From assembly GCA_017610385.1 (NCBI GenBank), contig JAFCCC010000002.1:32001-96000 (forward strand): 64,000 bases of DNA, in the 5' to 3' direction. The DNA comes from Candidatus Nanohalarchaeota archaeon. Its GTDB lineage: Archaea > Nanohalarchaeota > Nanosalinia > Nanosalinales > JAFCCC01. This document shows positions 11,501 through 20,757 of this stretch, piece by piece. The notes beneath the pieces are model-generated. The model worked only from the letters and a program-made list of their open reading frames with translations. It searched no databases and was not told the origin of the DNA. The position numbers and the translations under genes were made by a program. Within the stretch, counting starts at the first letter, position 1. Each line of letters begins with the position of its first letter.

Positions 11501-14500
11501 AATGAGCAATCCCCTGGTGTTTCAACTAGACCATAATTACAGCCATTTTCTGGATTCAAATAATCACAGGAATTTGCATTACAATAATAATCTCTTGTTC
11601 CAGCCTTGTTATTAATACAAATAAAATCATCATCCATAAAATCATAATTTATTACTTGCGTTTGATTTCCTGCACATTGAGTTCCACTGTTTTCTGTACA
11701 AAAATGTACGGAATAAACACAATTTGGGTCAGCTCCAAATCCTGGCGTATTTCCACCGCCAGACCAAGAGTCAGCTGGACAGCTTTGATTTAGTGTGATT
11801 TGGTAATCGCAAGCGCCGTTTTCACAATAATAATCCCTATTTTCCATATCTAAGAAATTAGAAGTACAATATAACCCATCGTCTGTATTGCAATCTTCTT
11901 CAAATTCAGGAGTGGTATATTCGGTACTTTCAACACAAGCATCAGTTATACAAGAGAAATTATGTAACAATTTTTGTTTTACAACAGCATCATTATCACA
12001 AACTAATTCATAAGGGTCATAATAATTTAAATCAGTACAATTTTGAGTGGTATAATCGCAATTAAATGTTGTAGGATTACAAGTCCCATTTTCTTTTAGA
12101 ATATTTCCTTCACAATTAGTTACACAGTAACCATTCACAGGATTTGTGTTTACAAGTTCGCATGTTGCATTATTGTTTTCTACACAAGCATAATCTGCAA
12201 TACCGCATTCATTAATTAACTCTCCATCTAATTCATTACAATTCTGAACGATACTGTCTTGTTGATATGATGTACTATCTTCGCAACCAGTTAAAGTACA
12301 GTAAAAGTCGTGATAAAGTTTTTTTGTTCGTAATTCTGCGCCCGTACAATAATATTCTGATTCATTGTAATAATTATTGTCATCACAGGTTTCTTGGGCA
12401 TATTCACAACCATTGGCGGTACAGACTCCTTGAGAATACCAAACTCCATTATTACAATGTGTTTGTAGGTCACAAGAATCTATGAATTGGCAGGTTTGAG
12501 TATTACAATTGCTAGAACATACTCCATTTTCTTCTGAGTAATCTAAAATTCCGGGTTCGCATTCTTCTCCTTCTTCTATTATTCCATTTCCGCAAATAAC
12601 TGGAGGTTTGTACAGACAATTGTAAGTACAATTTCCTTCAAAAGGATTCATTTCATCGCATTGACTATCCGCAGCACATCCAGAATAATTTGATTCACAA
12701 TTTAACTCAACTAATTGACAATTCGAGTCACAAGCATCTTGTAAATAGTCATGACCACCTAAATTACAACTTTCAAAATTGGTATTTGGTGCAAAGCCTT
12801 CGCAGGCAGGACTTGCGCTACACAAATATATGCACTCATTTACGTTTTCATAGTGCATTCGATCTAATGCACATTGTTTGTATGTTGCATTTGAATTACA
12901 TAAGAATTCGTGTCCGTCCCCCCATTCTCCGTCTTGATCACACAAGCAACCTTCGTCTATTTCACCATCACAATCATTATCTTTGTGATCACAGAGTTCG
13001 GGAGCACCAGGATAGATTTCTGGATCCGAATCATCACAATCATTATCACATTCAATATCAAAAGTATCATTATCCAAATCTGTTATAATTTCATTAAAAG
13101 AAGTACATTGGTTTTCAGTACAAGAACAACCTAAGCAGGTGTTCTCAACATCAGAGTAATCTCTAAATGTGCCATTGTAACACTGATCGTTTTGATCGCA
13201 TTCTGTGGCAGTACAGTCAGAATCAGTACTACATTCCGCATTACATAATCCCGAACACTCTGTAATTGATGTATCATTTACATAGGTAACATTTTCTTTA
13301 CAGCCAGTTAAAGAGCAGGAGAAATCATGAAATGCTCTATGCACTTTAAAATTATAATTATCGCAATAACCAGTATAATTTTCATAATAATCTAAATCAT
13401 TACAATTGAATGAGTCAAACGTGGTTCCTGTTCCAGAACAATTTGCATTATGGTGCCATACTTCATCTACACAGTAATTGCTCATATTATTTGTTTGAGT
13501 AAACCAGCAAGTCAGGTTTAAATCGCAGCCGAAATAGCATGTTGAATCATCAATGTAGAAATCAGTCGTCTGATCACAAATCGCATCACAAGCTCCTTCT
13601 GCACACTGAGTTGTTGTTTGTGGTTCTTCGCAAGTTACGGGATTTTCAGTACAAAAACAAGAATCACAGGTATTTTCTGTTGAATTTGTAATTGTTAGAT
13701 TATCTAATATTCCATTGATGTTATATTCTGTTAATTTATTGCCTGTACAATAATCTACAAAAGTTTCTGAACAAGTTGTTGCATTGCAATTGCCATCTAA
13801 TTCACATCCTGCGCCACAGAAAAATTCACATCCAACATTTTCTAAACTTTTTGCATGTCCACAACCATTTTCTGGATTTTGAGAATCACAAGAGCTTAAA
13901 TTACAATAATAATCAAGCCAATAATTTTCATAATCCAAGCAAAGGTCATTATTGTCCCAAATTAAATCAAAATCTGCCTCATTTGTTATTGAGGAATCAC
14001 AATAATCATTTGTTCCATTCTCTGTACAAAAATAATCTGTGTAAACACAAGAAGGGTCCTCGCCGAATCCTGGTGTGTTTCCGCCACCACTCCATTCATT
14101 TATTCCACATTGAGTTTCATTTATAATTTCATAATTTGATGTTCCGGTTTCAGTACAATAATAATCTCGCGTTTGAACGCTTTCATTTCCTTCACAATAT
14201 GTTCCGTCATAAATATTATAATTATGAGATTCTGGAACTGTGTAAATACAATTTCCAGTGTTATTTTGTATTTCACAAGTATATTCTCTGTATTCGCAAA
14301 CTGGATCATTAAAGCCCGTTAAATCCCCGTAATTATACCAGTTGTCTTGGGTACCACAATCGTCTAATCTTGCGTGGTTGGTATAATAAGTAGTTTCTAA
14401 ACATCCTCCCACAGAACATGTAAATTCATGGGATAGTCTTTTTTCCCATATTTCACTTCCATTACAATATTGTTCAAAAGGCTCGTAATAATCTAATTCA

Positions 14501-15834
14501 GTACAATTTTCTGTTGTAAATGAACAGCCTGTTTCATTGCAACCACCAGTGAAATGTCTTACATTATCTTCACAATAAGGATTAATTGAACAATTATAAT
14601 CAAACAAACAGGTTATAGGGTTACAGGCATAACTGCACACCTCATTTTGTAAAATATAATCTAAATAAGTTGGTTCACATTCTTCATTAGACCCAATTAT
14701 TCCGTCTCCACAGATGCTACACTGCGGTCCACATTGATAACTGTTATTTTCTAATATTTCTTCATCAACCCAATAGGGGTTATCAATACATTCATTGGGG
14801 CTGCATGAATAATCGTGATAAAGTCTATGTTGCTTTAGGGTGCAATCATCACAGTAGGTCTCAAGGTCATCATAATAATTTAAAGTGGAACAATCTTCTG
14901 TTTCAAATGAACAACCTGCATCGCTGCATTCACCACCATAATTTCGAATATTTCCATCACAAAACGGTTCAAGAGAACATGAATCTTGATAAGTACAGGA
15001 ATTAAGTGCGTCGCAGTTATAATTGCAGGTGTTTTCAGTAATTAAGTAATTATTTGGTCCATCACAAGTTGCACCACACGAATCAATATGACATTGATAT
15101 GATTCAAAATCACATCCGTCAGTATTAGCACAATGAGTCCCCAACGGATTTGTACGATTTCCATAACATTCTTCACACCAGTCACAAGAAGGATTTGAAG
15201 TACAAGTATCTTCTCCAACACAAGTATAACATGCGTTATGATAATCTATGACTAAATGAGGTTTTTTGTTGTTATTCGTTGTTCCTTCTGTGCTATAATA
15301 TTTTTTATAGTTCATATAGCTGTTTTCATTTGTTCTTTTAACCGCTAAACTTAGTGTACTATCTGATTGGTATTCTTGAATTGTTGCATCGGTTACTGGC
15401 CACATTTGACTGCCTGTAGTACACTGAGAATTTTGGGAGATATATTGGAAATTTGTGGGAGCATTATTCCATGTAATTGATCCTTCATTCCAGTTATCAG
15501 AAACTAAATTTGTCTCATAGGGGTAAAGGGAAGAACAAGACGTTGTTGATATTAGATACATGTAAAAATTTGAAGAGTCTATTGCAACACAAGCTGGAAT
15601 TTGGTTTAAATTGAATTTCAAATATGTTCTGTAATGGTAATTTGAGCAGCTACCCCACCCAGAGTATAAATAAGAGGAAGAACCGTAATTATTGTTCTGA
15701 TTTGACGTTCCATAACCATAAACATAGGAATCATCCGTAGGATAAATAGTTGTTGTTGTAGCAAACACTTTTGTGAATGGTGCTACTAACGCTAAGAACA
15801 ATATTGAAAAAATTATAATTTTAAATAATTTCAT
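8527..15834 (-). CDS. Giant secreted Cys-rich protein (about 2435 aa): DNRLRE-like N-domain, Cys repeats, MopE-like motif, vWA, lamin-tail domain, GWNL C-terminal repeats
   Basis: Start re-called at MKLFKIIIF (signal peptide, GGAAGGT upstream). PTDDSYV..RTYLKFNL..WNEGSITWNN; vWA DRSAS..MSDG; LTD ILITEVYYD..EWIELYN; GWNLISIP/GWNLIGYP. No TM anchor. Confidence 0.85.
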   Translation of the reverse strand: MKLFKIIIFSILFLALVAPFTKVFATTTTIYPTDDSYVYGYGTSNQNNNYGSSSYLYSGWGSCSNYHYRTYLKFNLNQIPACVAIDSSNFYMYLISTTSCSSLYPYETNLVSDNWNEGSITWNNAPTNFQYISQNSQCTTGSQMWPVTDATIQEYQSDSTLSLAVKRTNENSYMNYKKYYSTEGTTNNNKKPHLVIDYHNACYTCVGEDTCTSNPSCDWCEECYGNRTNPLGTHCANTDGCDFESYQCHIDSCGATCDGPNNYLITENTCNYNCDALNSCTYQDSCSLEPFCDGNIRNYGGECSDAGCSFETEDCSTLNYYDDLETYCDDCTLKQHRLYHDYSCSPNECIDNPYWVDEEILENNSYQCGPQCSICGDGIIGSNEECEPTYLDYILQNEVCSYACNPITCLFDYNCSINPYCEDNVRHFTGGCNETGCSFTTENCTELDYYEPFEQYCNGSEIWEKRLSHEFTCSVGGCLETTYYTNHARLDDCGTQDNWYNYGDLTGFNDPVCEYREYTCEIQNNTGNCIYTVPESHNYNIYDGTYCEGNESVQTRDYYCTETGTSNYEIINETQCGINEWSGGGNTPGFGEDPSCVYTDYFCTENGTNDYCDSSITNEADFDLIWDNNDLCLDYENYWLDYYCNLSSCDSQNPENGCGHAKSLENVGCEFFCGAGCELDGNCNATTCSETFVDYCTGNKLTEYNINGILDNLTITNSTENTCDSCFCTENPVTCEEPQTTTQCAEGACDAICDQTTDFYIDDSTCYFGCDLNLTCWFTQTNNMSNYCVDEVWHHNANCSGTGTTFDSFNCNDLDYYENYTGYCDNYNFKVHRAFHDFSCSLTGCKENVTYVNDTSITECSGLCNAECSTDSDCTATECDQNDQCYNGTFRDYSDVENTCLGCSCTENQCTSFNEIITDLDNDTFDIECDNDCDDSDPEIYPGAPELCDHKDNDCDGEIDEGCLCDQDGEWGDGHEFLCNSNATYKQCALDRMHYENVNECIYLCSASPACEGFAPNTNFESCNLGGHDYLQDACDSNCQLVELNCESNYSGCAADSQCDEMNPFEGNCTYNCLYKPPVICGNGIIEEGEECEPGILDYSEENGVCSSNCNTQTCQFIDSCDLQTHCNNGVWYSQGVCTANGCEYAQETCDDNNYYNESEYYCTGAELRTKKLYHDFYCTLTGCEDSTSYQQDSIVQNCNELDGELINECGIADYACVENNNATCELVNTNPVNGYCVTNCEGNILKENGTCNPTTFNCDYTTQNCTDLNYYDPYELVCDNDAVVKQKLLHNFSCITDACVESTEYTTPEFEEDCNTDDGLYCTSNFLDMENRDYYCENGACDYQITLNQSCPADSWSGGGNTPGFGADPNCVYSVHFCTENSGTQCAGNQTQVINYDFMDDDFICINNKAGTRDYYCNANSCDYLNPENGCNYGLVETPGDCSLSCGAECEVNSNCQPYLFNDQCYYNANCLSDCSCSYEGETCPTPGTITNDMCYYGERTCEANGCNINSCNLEEGMICDSTYGCLECTGNELLTNKFYGGYSEREIEFPNGGGADTTVKVTIPRDVGITGASVELDGNSVPYTSDKTVDIVLVTDRSASMAGEKITKAREADSDFVETVLNYPNNRLGLTSYSYGVINSHELSNDQNSLLDQIVDYSVYGQTCISCGLNEAINLVNQGTNMKKAVILMSDGMANRCLSGAFCSQEQAINETIEIARDAWETYGISVYAIAYGNQADYQTMMNVANVGHGEYYSVDIINISNVYIEIARDILQSYPTNPILDTGNKGDSEWMYIGEYDGTTYLGNLGPVLNDLIQDCSCPACSIEGDNCTISFATFSQSAGKLLYHDLSVYSCTYEIPEIINCYSPEDCYSGTYEYGYWSEWSCNWSGVCDLDANCERERTVTEHVCVNAGTTESYCTTNAATTQYENETQNRDTNGIICGSLRTCPQAQCVSENWTVYPNNGYDFCSLGMCIEYSCDSTSSEFNQSCAILPDSDNDSTPDIHDMCPLDEGYDCNGCVNPCSGCAEMICEPESMPICTAQDSNCDVTTCPAEGCGLGTCGEFDWASYPESIENTCALNETVGVCSNNVCTETCEFSESCVNNVSNHILITEVYYDTEGTDSEEEWIELYNPTESEVSLDSWTLEDNSKIYTLPENITLNGKENLVIAKDQEGFNALYGFDPDLSDLTLNLNNDGDSLALKNNGSEIDFVAWESGYNNSYPAWAISSDKGFSIQRYPKIRDTDTQNDWIGNHIPNPEIKGLEQESTTITFELNLTNGWNLISIPLSPLNNSLNTVFSGINSDFDSILSYGNGSWKTYSPVFPTFSDLKTVKPGVGYWIHMTNNAILQINGTHVNNTTISVVPGWNLIGYPSMNERNTTEVLNGLTDADYSLIMAYTPTGWKTYSPMFPTMSDLTILTPGTGYWFNAVNEIELVI

Positions 15835-16023
15835 GTACCTTCCTCTACAATTCCCGCCCCCCAGGAGAAGTATTCTAAGATGGACTGAGTTATTAATTTT
15901 TATATATCTTAGTAATAGCCAATACAGGTGTAATGCCCTAAGAAAGAGGGTGTATCCCAAAAAAGAGGGGAGGTATTTTAGTATTAGAACTTCTTTTTTA
16001 TTATTAGAACTTCTTTTAAGAAA

Positions 16024-17808
16024 CTAATTCCAAAGATTCTGATTTATTCGTGGTTTATTGTTCTTTTTTAGGTTAAAGAATATTAAAACGCCGGTTATTA
16101 TGCTTAAGAGCAGTAATAAGGAATTTAGAGTCATTGAAGTTACTGTAATATTTCCTGTGAAAGAAGTTTTATTACCTTGTAAATTGCCATCGGTCTGATT
16201 TAAAGTAAGATTAGATTCATCAGAGGTTTGAATGATGTTTTCTTGAGCATCTTCGGAATTTTCTGTTTCATTTAGTTCTGTAGTCTGGTTGGATCCGCTT
16301 GTTGTTTGATTGTTTGAAGATTCTTGGATTTGTTCGGTTGTTCCGGAGTTTCCACTAGGTGCCGTTTCTGTTTGTTGCTGAGTTCCTTGATTCGTTTCAG
16401 AATTATCTGTTTCTTCTTCCGGTTCATCAATCGCTAAATCACATGCTCTTGAAATTGCTGGTTTATTTGCTTCTGTTCCGCAAGAGTTTTGATCTTCACA
16501 AGTTCTTGTTTGAAGGTTATTTGAACAACTGGTCCATTCTAAACAGTTCCATTGTTCTATACAACCAATAGTAAGTAATTCATCACCACCAACAGGTAAA
16601 GCTTCTGAACCAACATTTACAACACCATTTAAAGCTGCTGTTTGAGCAGAATCTGGTGCTTTTAATGTATAATTTAATATTGTATCTTGTATTGGTAAGT
16701 ATGGTTGTACTGGTAAAAATAACCATTTAATTGTATTTCTAGAGTCATCTAAAAATCCTGATCCCAAATCAATTACTTCAAAACCATCTGGTATTTTTTC
16801 AGATAAAATTGCGCTTGGTGGCAAATTTGACTCATCAAAATTAACATTAATTGAAATTTGGAACTCATCAGATGGATTCAGATTAGAAGGGATGATTCTG
16901 GACGTTTCAATAGAATAACCAGAAACAGAAGGGATTAGTAGTAATAAAAATAGCATGAAAATTCCTGAAATGGCCCTAAGGCTTCCTACTTTTGATTTTT
17001 TTTCTTTTTTACTTCGAAGGTTCGGATTCTTTTTAATTTGTAAATAAGTGAAAACTCCAGAAAGCATTAGAAAAATTCCTAATAAATATGGCGTTGCTTG
17101 TGTTGCCAAAATCATGCCTGTAATGGGAGTTTTGTTCGTTTGAACAGTCTGATTATTATCAGTTTCATTTAATTGTGTAGTTGTTTCATTTTGATTTTCT
17201 GCAGTGTATGTTGTATTCATTGAATTCTGAGTCTCATTTGTAGTTGTGGTTTCATTTGGAGTTTCGTTCGGATTAGATGCTGTTGCTCCACCACCCCCTG
17301 AAGAAGTACTGGTTGTTACACTACATGGCATTGCTTCTAATGGCTTATATGTTTCTGTTCCACAATGATTGCTATCAGTACAGGTTCTGTATTGATATGA
17401 TCCAGTACAAATGCTCCAAATTCCACAATTCCACGATTCTGTGCACGAAACAGTTTTAATTTCGAAAGTTGTGTTTGATTGAATGGTGGATGAAGAAGCA
17501 TAAACTGTATAAACCCCATCAACTAATGAATCAGCTAATTGAACTTGAGAATAAAAATTACCTAAAGAATCAGTTGTGGTCTGATCTAAAAAGTAGAGCT
17601 CTTGGTTTGGTTTTAAGACTTGAATCCCAATTTGCTGATTTGGATATGGATTTCCATTATCTTTTAAAGAACCTGAAATTTCAACTAAATCTTCGGGGTT
17701 ATAATTTGCTGTGTTTGTAGAAACTTCGAGAGTTTGAGCTGCAGTTACGATTCCAATAAAAACTATACTTAACAGAAATACCGAGATAAATTTACCTTTA
17801 TTAATCAT
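16024..17808 (-). CDS. Two-module surface protein with an internal TM, a second signal-peptide-like segment and a C-terminal TM
   Basis: Order: signal peptide, MG2-like Ig, Cys repeat, T/N linker, TM, Lys-rich loop, hydrophobic segment ending VSG, second Ig-like domain, Cys repeat, linker, TM. Confidence 0.8.
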   Translation of the reverse strand: MINKGKFISVFLLSIVFIGIVTAAQTLEVSTNTANYNPEDLVEISGSLKDNGNPYPNQQIGIQVLKPNQELYFLDQTTTDSLGNFYSQVQLADSLVDGVYTVYASSSTIQSNTTFEIKTVSCTESWNCGIWSICTGSYQYRTCTDSNHCGTETYKPLEAMPCSVTTSTSSGGGGATASNPNETPNETTTTNETQNSMNTTYTAENQNETTTQLNETDNNQTVQTNKTPITGMILATQATPYLLGIFLMLSGVFTYLQIKKNPNLRSKKEKKSKVGSLRAISGIFMLFLLLLIPSVSGYSIETSRIIPSNLNPSDEFQISINVNFDESNLPPSAILSEKIPDGFEVIDLGSGFLDDSRNTIKWLFLPVQPYLPIQDTILNYTLKAPDSAQTAALNGVVNVGSEALPVGGDELLTIGCIEQWNCLEWTSCSNNLQTRTCEDQNSCGTEANKPAISRACDLAIDEPEEETDNSETNQGTQQQTETAPSGNSGTTEQIQESSNNQTTSGSNQTTELNETENSEDAQENIIQTSDESNLTLNQTDGNLQGNKTSFTGNITVTSMTLNSLLLLLSIITGVLIFFNLKKNNKPRINQNLWN

Positions 17809-17908
17809 TGCTTCCCCTCTTCACTTTAACTCTCATTCTAAACTTATAAATCTTTTGTTTCTGTTTAGTAACAATAAGTTTTTATAGTTTTAATTATTAC
17901 ATAAAATC

Positions 17909-18517
17909 ATGTCTTTAAAGTCCTCCCACATAGGTGATTCAGTAATAATAGAACCTGAACTAGTAAAAGTAGAACCATATGTAGAAAGCAAACAAGAAGC
18001 TTTTGATGAATGTCCCATCGCTGTTTTTAGATTTGTATATAATCCAGAACAAATTGTTCCTAAAATTACTAAAAGACATGGACTTAGAATTCTTTATGAA
18101 GGAACCTGCTCGGAAAATGGCAAATTAAGAGAGCGTGTTTTTTCTGCACGATTTGGAATGGAATATACGATTGCGCCAGATGATTATTGTTCATATGTTA
18201 ATATACGATTGGAACCAGGCAATAATCCGTATGAAAATTTGGTTCGAGAAAATATGAGGACTTTGAGAAATCTAGAAATATTTATGAACGGTACTACTCG
18301 ATTTAAGACGTTTAATACTATTACAGACTTTAGAAAAGCACGAAATTGGATAATAATCGAAAGAGAAGATGGTGGTTATGATGTTGAATGTGAATTTCCA
18401 AGAGAGATTCAAAGACTAGAACCACATACTGCGTTAAAGATGGACGTAGGTGACATAGTTTATCTGTTAGACAAAAATTCAGCTAACTTTCTTCAGAAAG
18501 TGAAAGACCAGCTTTAA
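17909..18517 (+). CDS. Hypothetical protein, paralogue of 18641-19108
   Basis: Shares VF.. Y.P..I..I.K..G, FSAR and M..GDIV..LD motifs with the next ORF. Confidence 0.7.
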   Translation: MSLKSSHIGDSVIIEPELVKVEPYVESKQEAFDECPIAVFRFVYNPEQIVPKITKRHGLRILYEGTCSENGKLRERVFSARFGMEYTIAPDDYCSYVNIRLEPGNNPYENLVRENMRTLRNLEIFMNGTTRFKTFNTITDFRKARNWIIIEREDGGYDVECEFPREIQRLEPHTALKMDVGDIVYLLDKNSANFLQKVKDQL

Positions 18518-18640
18518 TTCTTCAGTTTGTTTTTTGAACGACTGTGCCAAATCATTTCTTATATTTTACATATTAAAATTACTATGTTTTAGTAGTGTAT
18601 TTAACATAGTTTTTTATATTTTAATACACAAATTTCACAT

Positions 18641-19108
18641 ATGAACGATGACGTAATGGTATTTAAGGCAACATATGTTCCTCAAGAAGTAATTTTTAGT
18701 ATTCCAAAGATCCGGGGTGTTGAAATTATTCGAACAAAAGAAGCAGTGTATGCTGGAGATTCTGTACGAGTTTATTTTAGTGCAAGACCTAAAAGTAAAA
18801 TATACATAGGTACCCCAAGCACAATGACTGGGGATCACATTAAAATTGAATTGAATCCTCATACACGAATTGCTCATCAAAGAGAAAGACAAATGGATAT
18901 TGATAATGCATTATATTCTTTACAGACTCTTGACCCAGAAGTAGTTTTTAGTACGTATGTGTGTCCAGTAAACTTGTACAGGTTCGATGGAGAAGGAGGT
19001 AAACCTAAAACTATAAAAATTCCTGCATATTCTACTGAAAGGATGAAAATAGGGGATATTGTGGAAATATTGGACGGAAAAGTTAGATTCCAGAGAATGT
19101 CTGGATAG
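18641..19108 (+). CDS. Hypothetical protein, paralogue of 17909-18517
   Basis: Same shared motifs as the previous ORF. Confidence 0.7.
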   Translation: MNDDVMVFKATYVPQEVIFSIPKIRGVEIIRTKEAVYAGDSVRVYFSARPKSKIYIGTPSTMTGDHIKIELNPHTRIAHQRERQMDIDNALYSLQTLDPEVVFSTYVCPVNLYRFDGEGGKPKTIKIPAYSTERMKIGDIVEILDGKVRFQRMSG

Positions 19109-19112
19109 TATT

Positions 19113-19631
19113 CTAATTCTTTTTCATTTCATTCATAGAAACTGCTGTATGTAATAAAATTGAGTTAAAACGATTCACTTTAATTTTTTTCACTAATTCT
19201 TTATAATTATATGTTCTAATCTCAATATCTTCTGTTCTATCTTGTTTTATCGAATCTTTCTTAAGATCTTCTGCAACATAAAAATAGATTTTATGATTTG
19301 AAATGCACGCAGTTGGAAGCAAAAATCCCAAATATTCTAATTTTCCTGCACTGTAACCTATTTCTTCTCTAAGTTCTCGTTGGGCCGCTTGCTCAGATGT
19401 TTCATTTTCTTCTATACTTCCGGCCACTGGCTCTAAAATTCTGTCTTTTACTGCTTGTCTGTAAACATCAACTAAAACAACAGTTTGTGAATCTAAAAAT
19501 GCAAGAACACAAATCGCATCTTTCATATCAATAATGTCATAAGTATATTCACAGTTCCCTAAATCTACTTTTTCTGTTCGTAATGTAATCCAGTTTTTAT
19601 AGATTTCTTTGGTTTCAAGAATTTTCTTCAT
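19113..19631 (-). CDS. NUDIX hydrolase (ADP-ribose pyrophosphatase-like)
   Basis: Nudix box AGSIEENETSEQAAQRELREEIG, preceded by YRQAV..LEP. Confidence 0.9.
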   Translation of the reverse strand: MKKILETKEIYKNWITLRTEKVDLGNCEYTYDIIDMKDAICVLAFLDSQTVVLVDVYRQAVKDRILEPVAGSIEENETSEQAAQRELREEIGYSAGKLEYLGFLLPTACISNHKIYFYVAEDLKKDSIKQDRTEDIEIRTYNYKELVKKIKVNRFNSILLHTAVSMNEMKKN

Positions 19632-19761
19632 GGTAGTCTTAATTACTCTCGCAAGATAAGTTAAATCAATTTCGGAGAAAATTAAACGACTTCAAAATAT
19701 TTTAAATTATATTTTACATACTTTTTAATAGTTTTTTTCACATACTAATTTTGTGAATTAA

Positions 19762-20001
19762 ATGTCAGATGGAGAAACTGATGGCTATAGAGAAATTCTT
19801 ATTGGGGATGGTGAACTAAGAATTAGAAGAGCTGAAATGAAATATTTCAAAGAAACAACTCCTGAGAATTTACAATCAATTTTGGATGCATGTCAGAGAT
19901 TGGAAAATGAATTTGAGTGCAATGCATATTACAGATCACTTGCACAGGCAATAACAGATCCAATAAAAATGCAATATCAAGAAGTATTAGAAGAACTTTA
20001 G
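19762..20001 (+). CDS. Small hypothetical protein
   Basis: 79-aa acidic ORF with a TATA-like box upstream. Confidence 0.5.
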   Translation: MSDGETDGYREILIGDGELRIRRAEMKYFKETTPENLQSILDACQRLENEFECNAYYRSLAQAITDPIKMQYQEVLEEL

Positions 20002-20672
20002 AAGAGAGTATTATCGTGGAAGTGATTAACTTCAAAATAGTCTATAGAGTAAATGCCTTTTGCTGCAACAAAAATTCTGTACTGCCCACTTAAAGAAGTT
20101 GGCGGGAGTGTAAAATAAACTACGTAATTTCCATTTTCATTTGTTGAAATTTGATCTAAAAAAACAGGACCATAATTAGAATTAATAACTTGAATTGCAA
20201 TTGGTTCATTTGCAATTGGTTCTGAATCATACAAAGTTCCTCCAATTGCAACTAATTCATTTGAATTAAAACTCTCTTTATTTACGTTTATTGTCAAAGT
20301 TTTAGTGTTCTTTACTACTTCAAAAGTCACTTCTCTTATTTGATTTCCATTCGTAACATAAACTGTGTAAAATCCTTCGAGAGAATTTTCATTTAATTGG
20401 AATATGTCTTCAAAGTAGCCGTTTGCATCTGTTTTAATTTGATTTACATGATACATTCCTACGGGTGTTGTGATTTGAATGCCTATGTCTTGACTTATAT
20501 CTGGTTCTCCGTTAGATAACAAAGTTCCACTAATCTTGACAGAACTACCTAAAGCATAAACTGAATGATCTGTGTTTACTTCTAAAGAGTAGCTATATGG
20601 TTGAATTGCGAGAATAAGTTGTGTTGAAATAAGAATTAATGGAATGAGTAATAGCAGTAACGCTTTTTTCAT
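19998..20672 (-). CDS. Secreted protein with two MG2-like Ig domains
   Basis: Signal peptide; two repeats of LEV.T....Y..G..V.ISG.L....P...IGIQ...DQ..T..NG.F...F.L...G.Y.V.V. Confidence 0.8.
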   Translation of the reverse strand: MKKALLLLLIPLILISTQLILAIQPYSYSLEVNTDHSVYALGSSVKISGTLLSNGEPDISQDIGIQITTPVGMYHVNQIKTDANGYFEDIFQLNENSLEGFYTVYVTNGNQIREVTFEVVKNTKTLTINVNKESFNSNELVAIGGTLYDSEPIANEPIAIQVINSNYGPVFLDQISTNENGNYVVYFTLPPTSLSGQYRIFVAAKGIYSIDYFEVNHFHDNTLF

Positions 20673-20757
20673 TATGAGGAATTATATTCGTGATTGAGTA
20701 CACTTGTTTATGCTGCTTTTATTGTATGGATAGTTGATAAGTAAGCATCATAATTGC

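Noticed and set aside
8717-15005. Many short + strand ORFs over the giant gene, and similar ones over other long CDSs
   Set aside because: Antisense or alternate-frame shadows without coding features.
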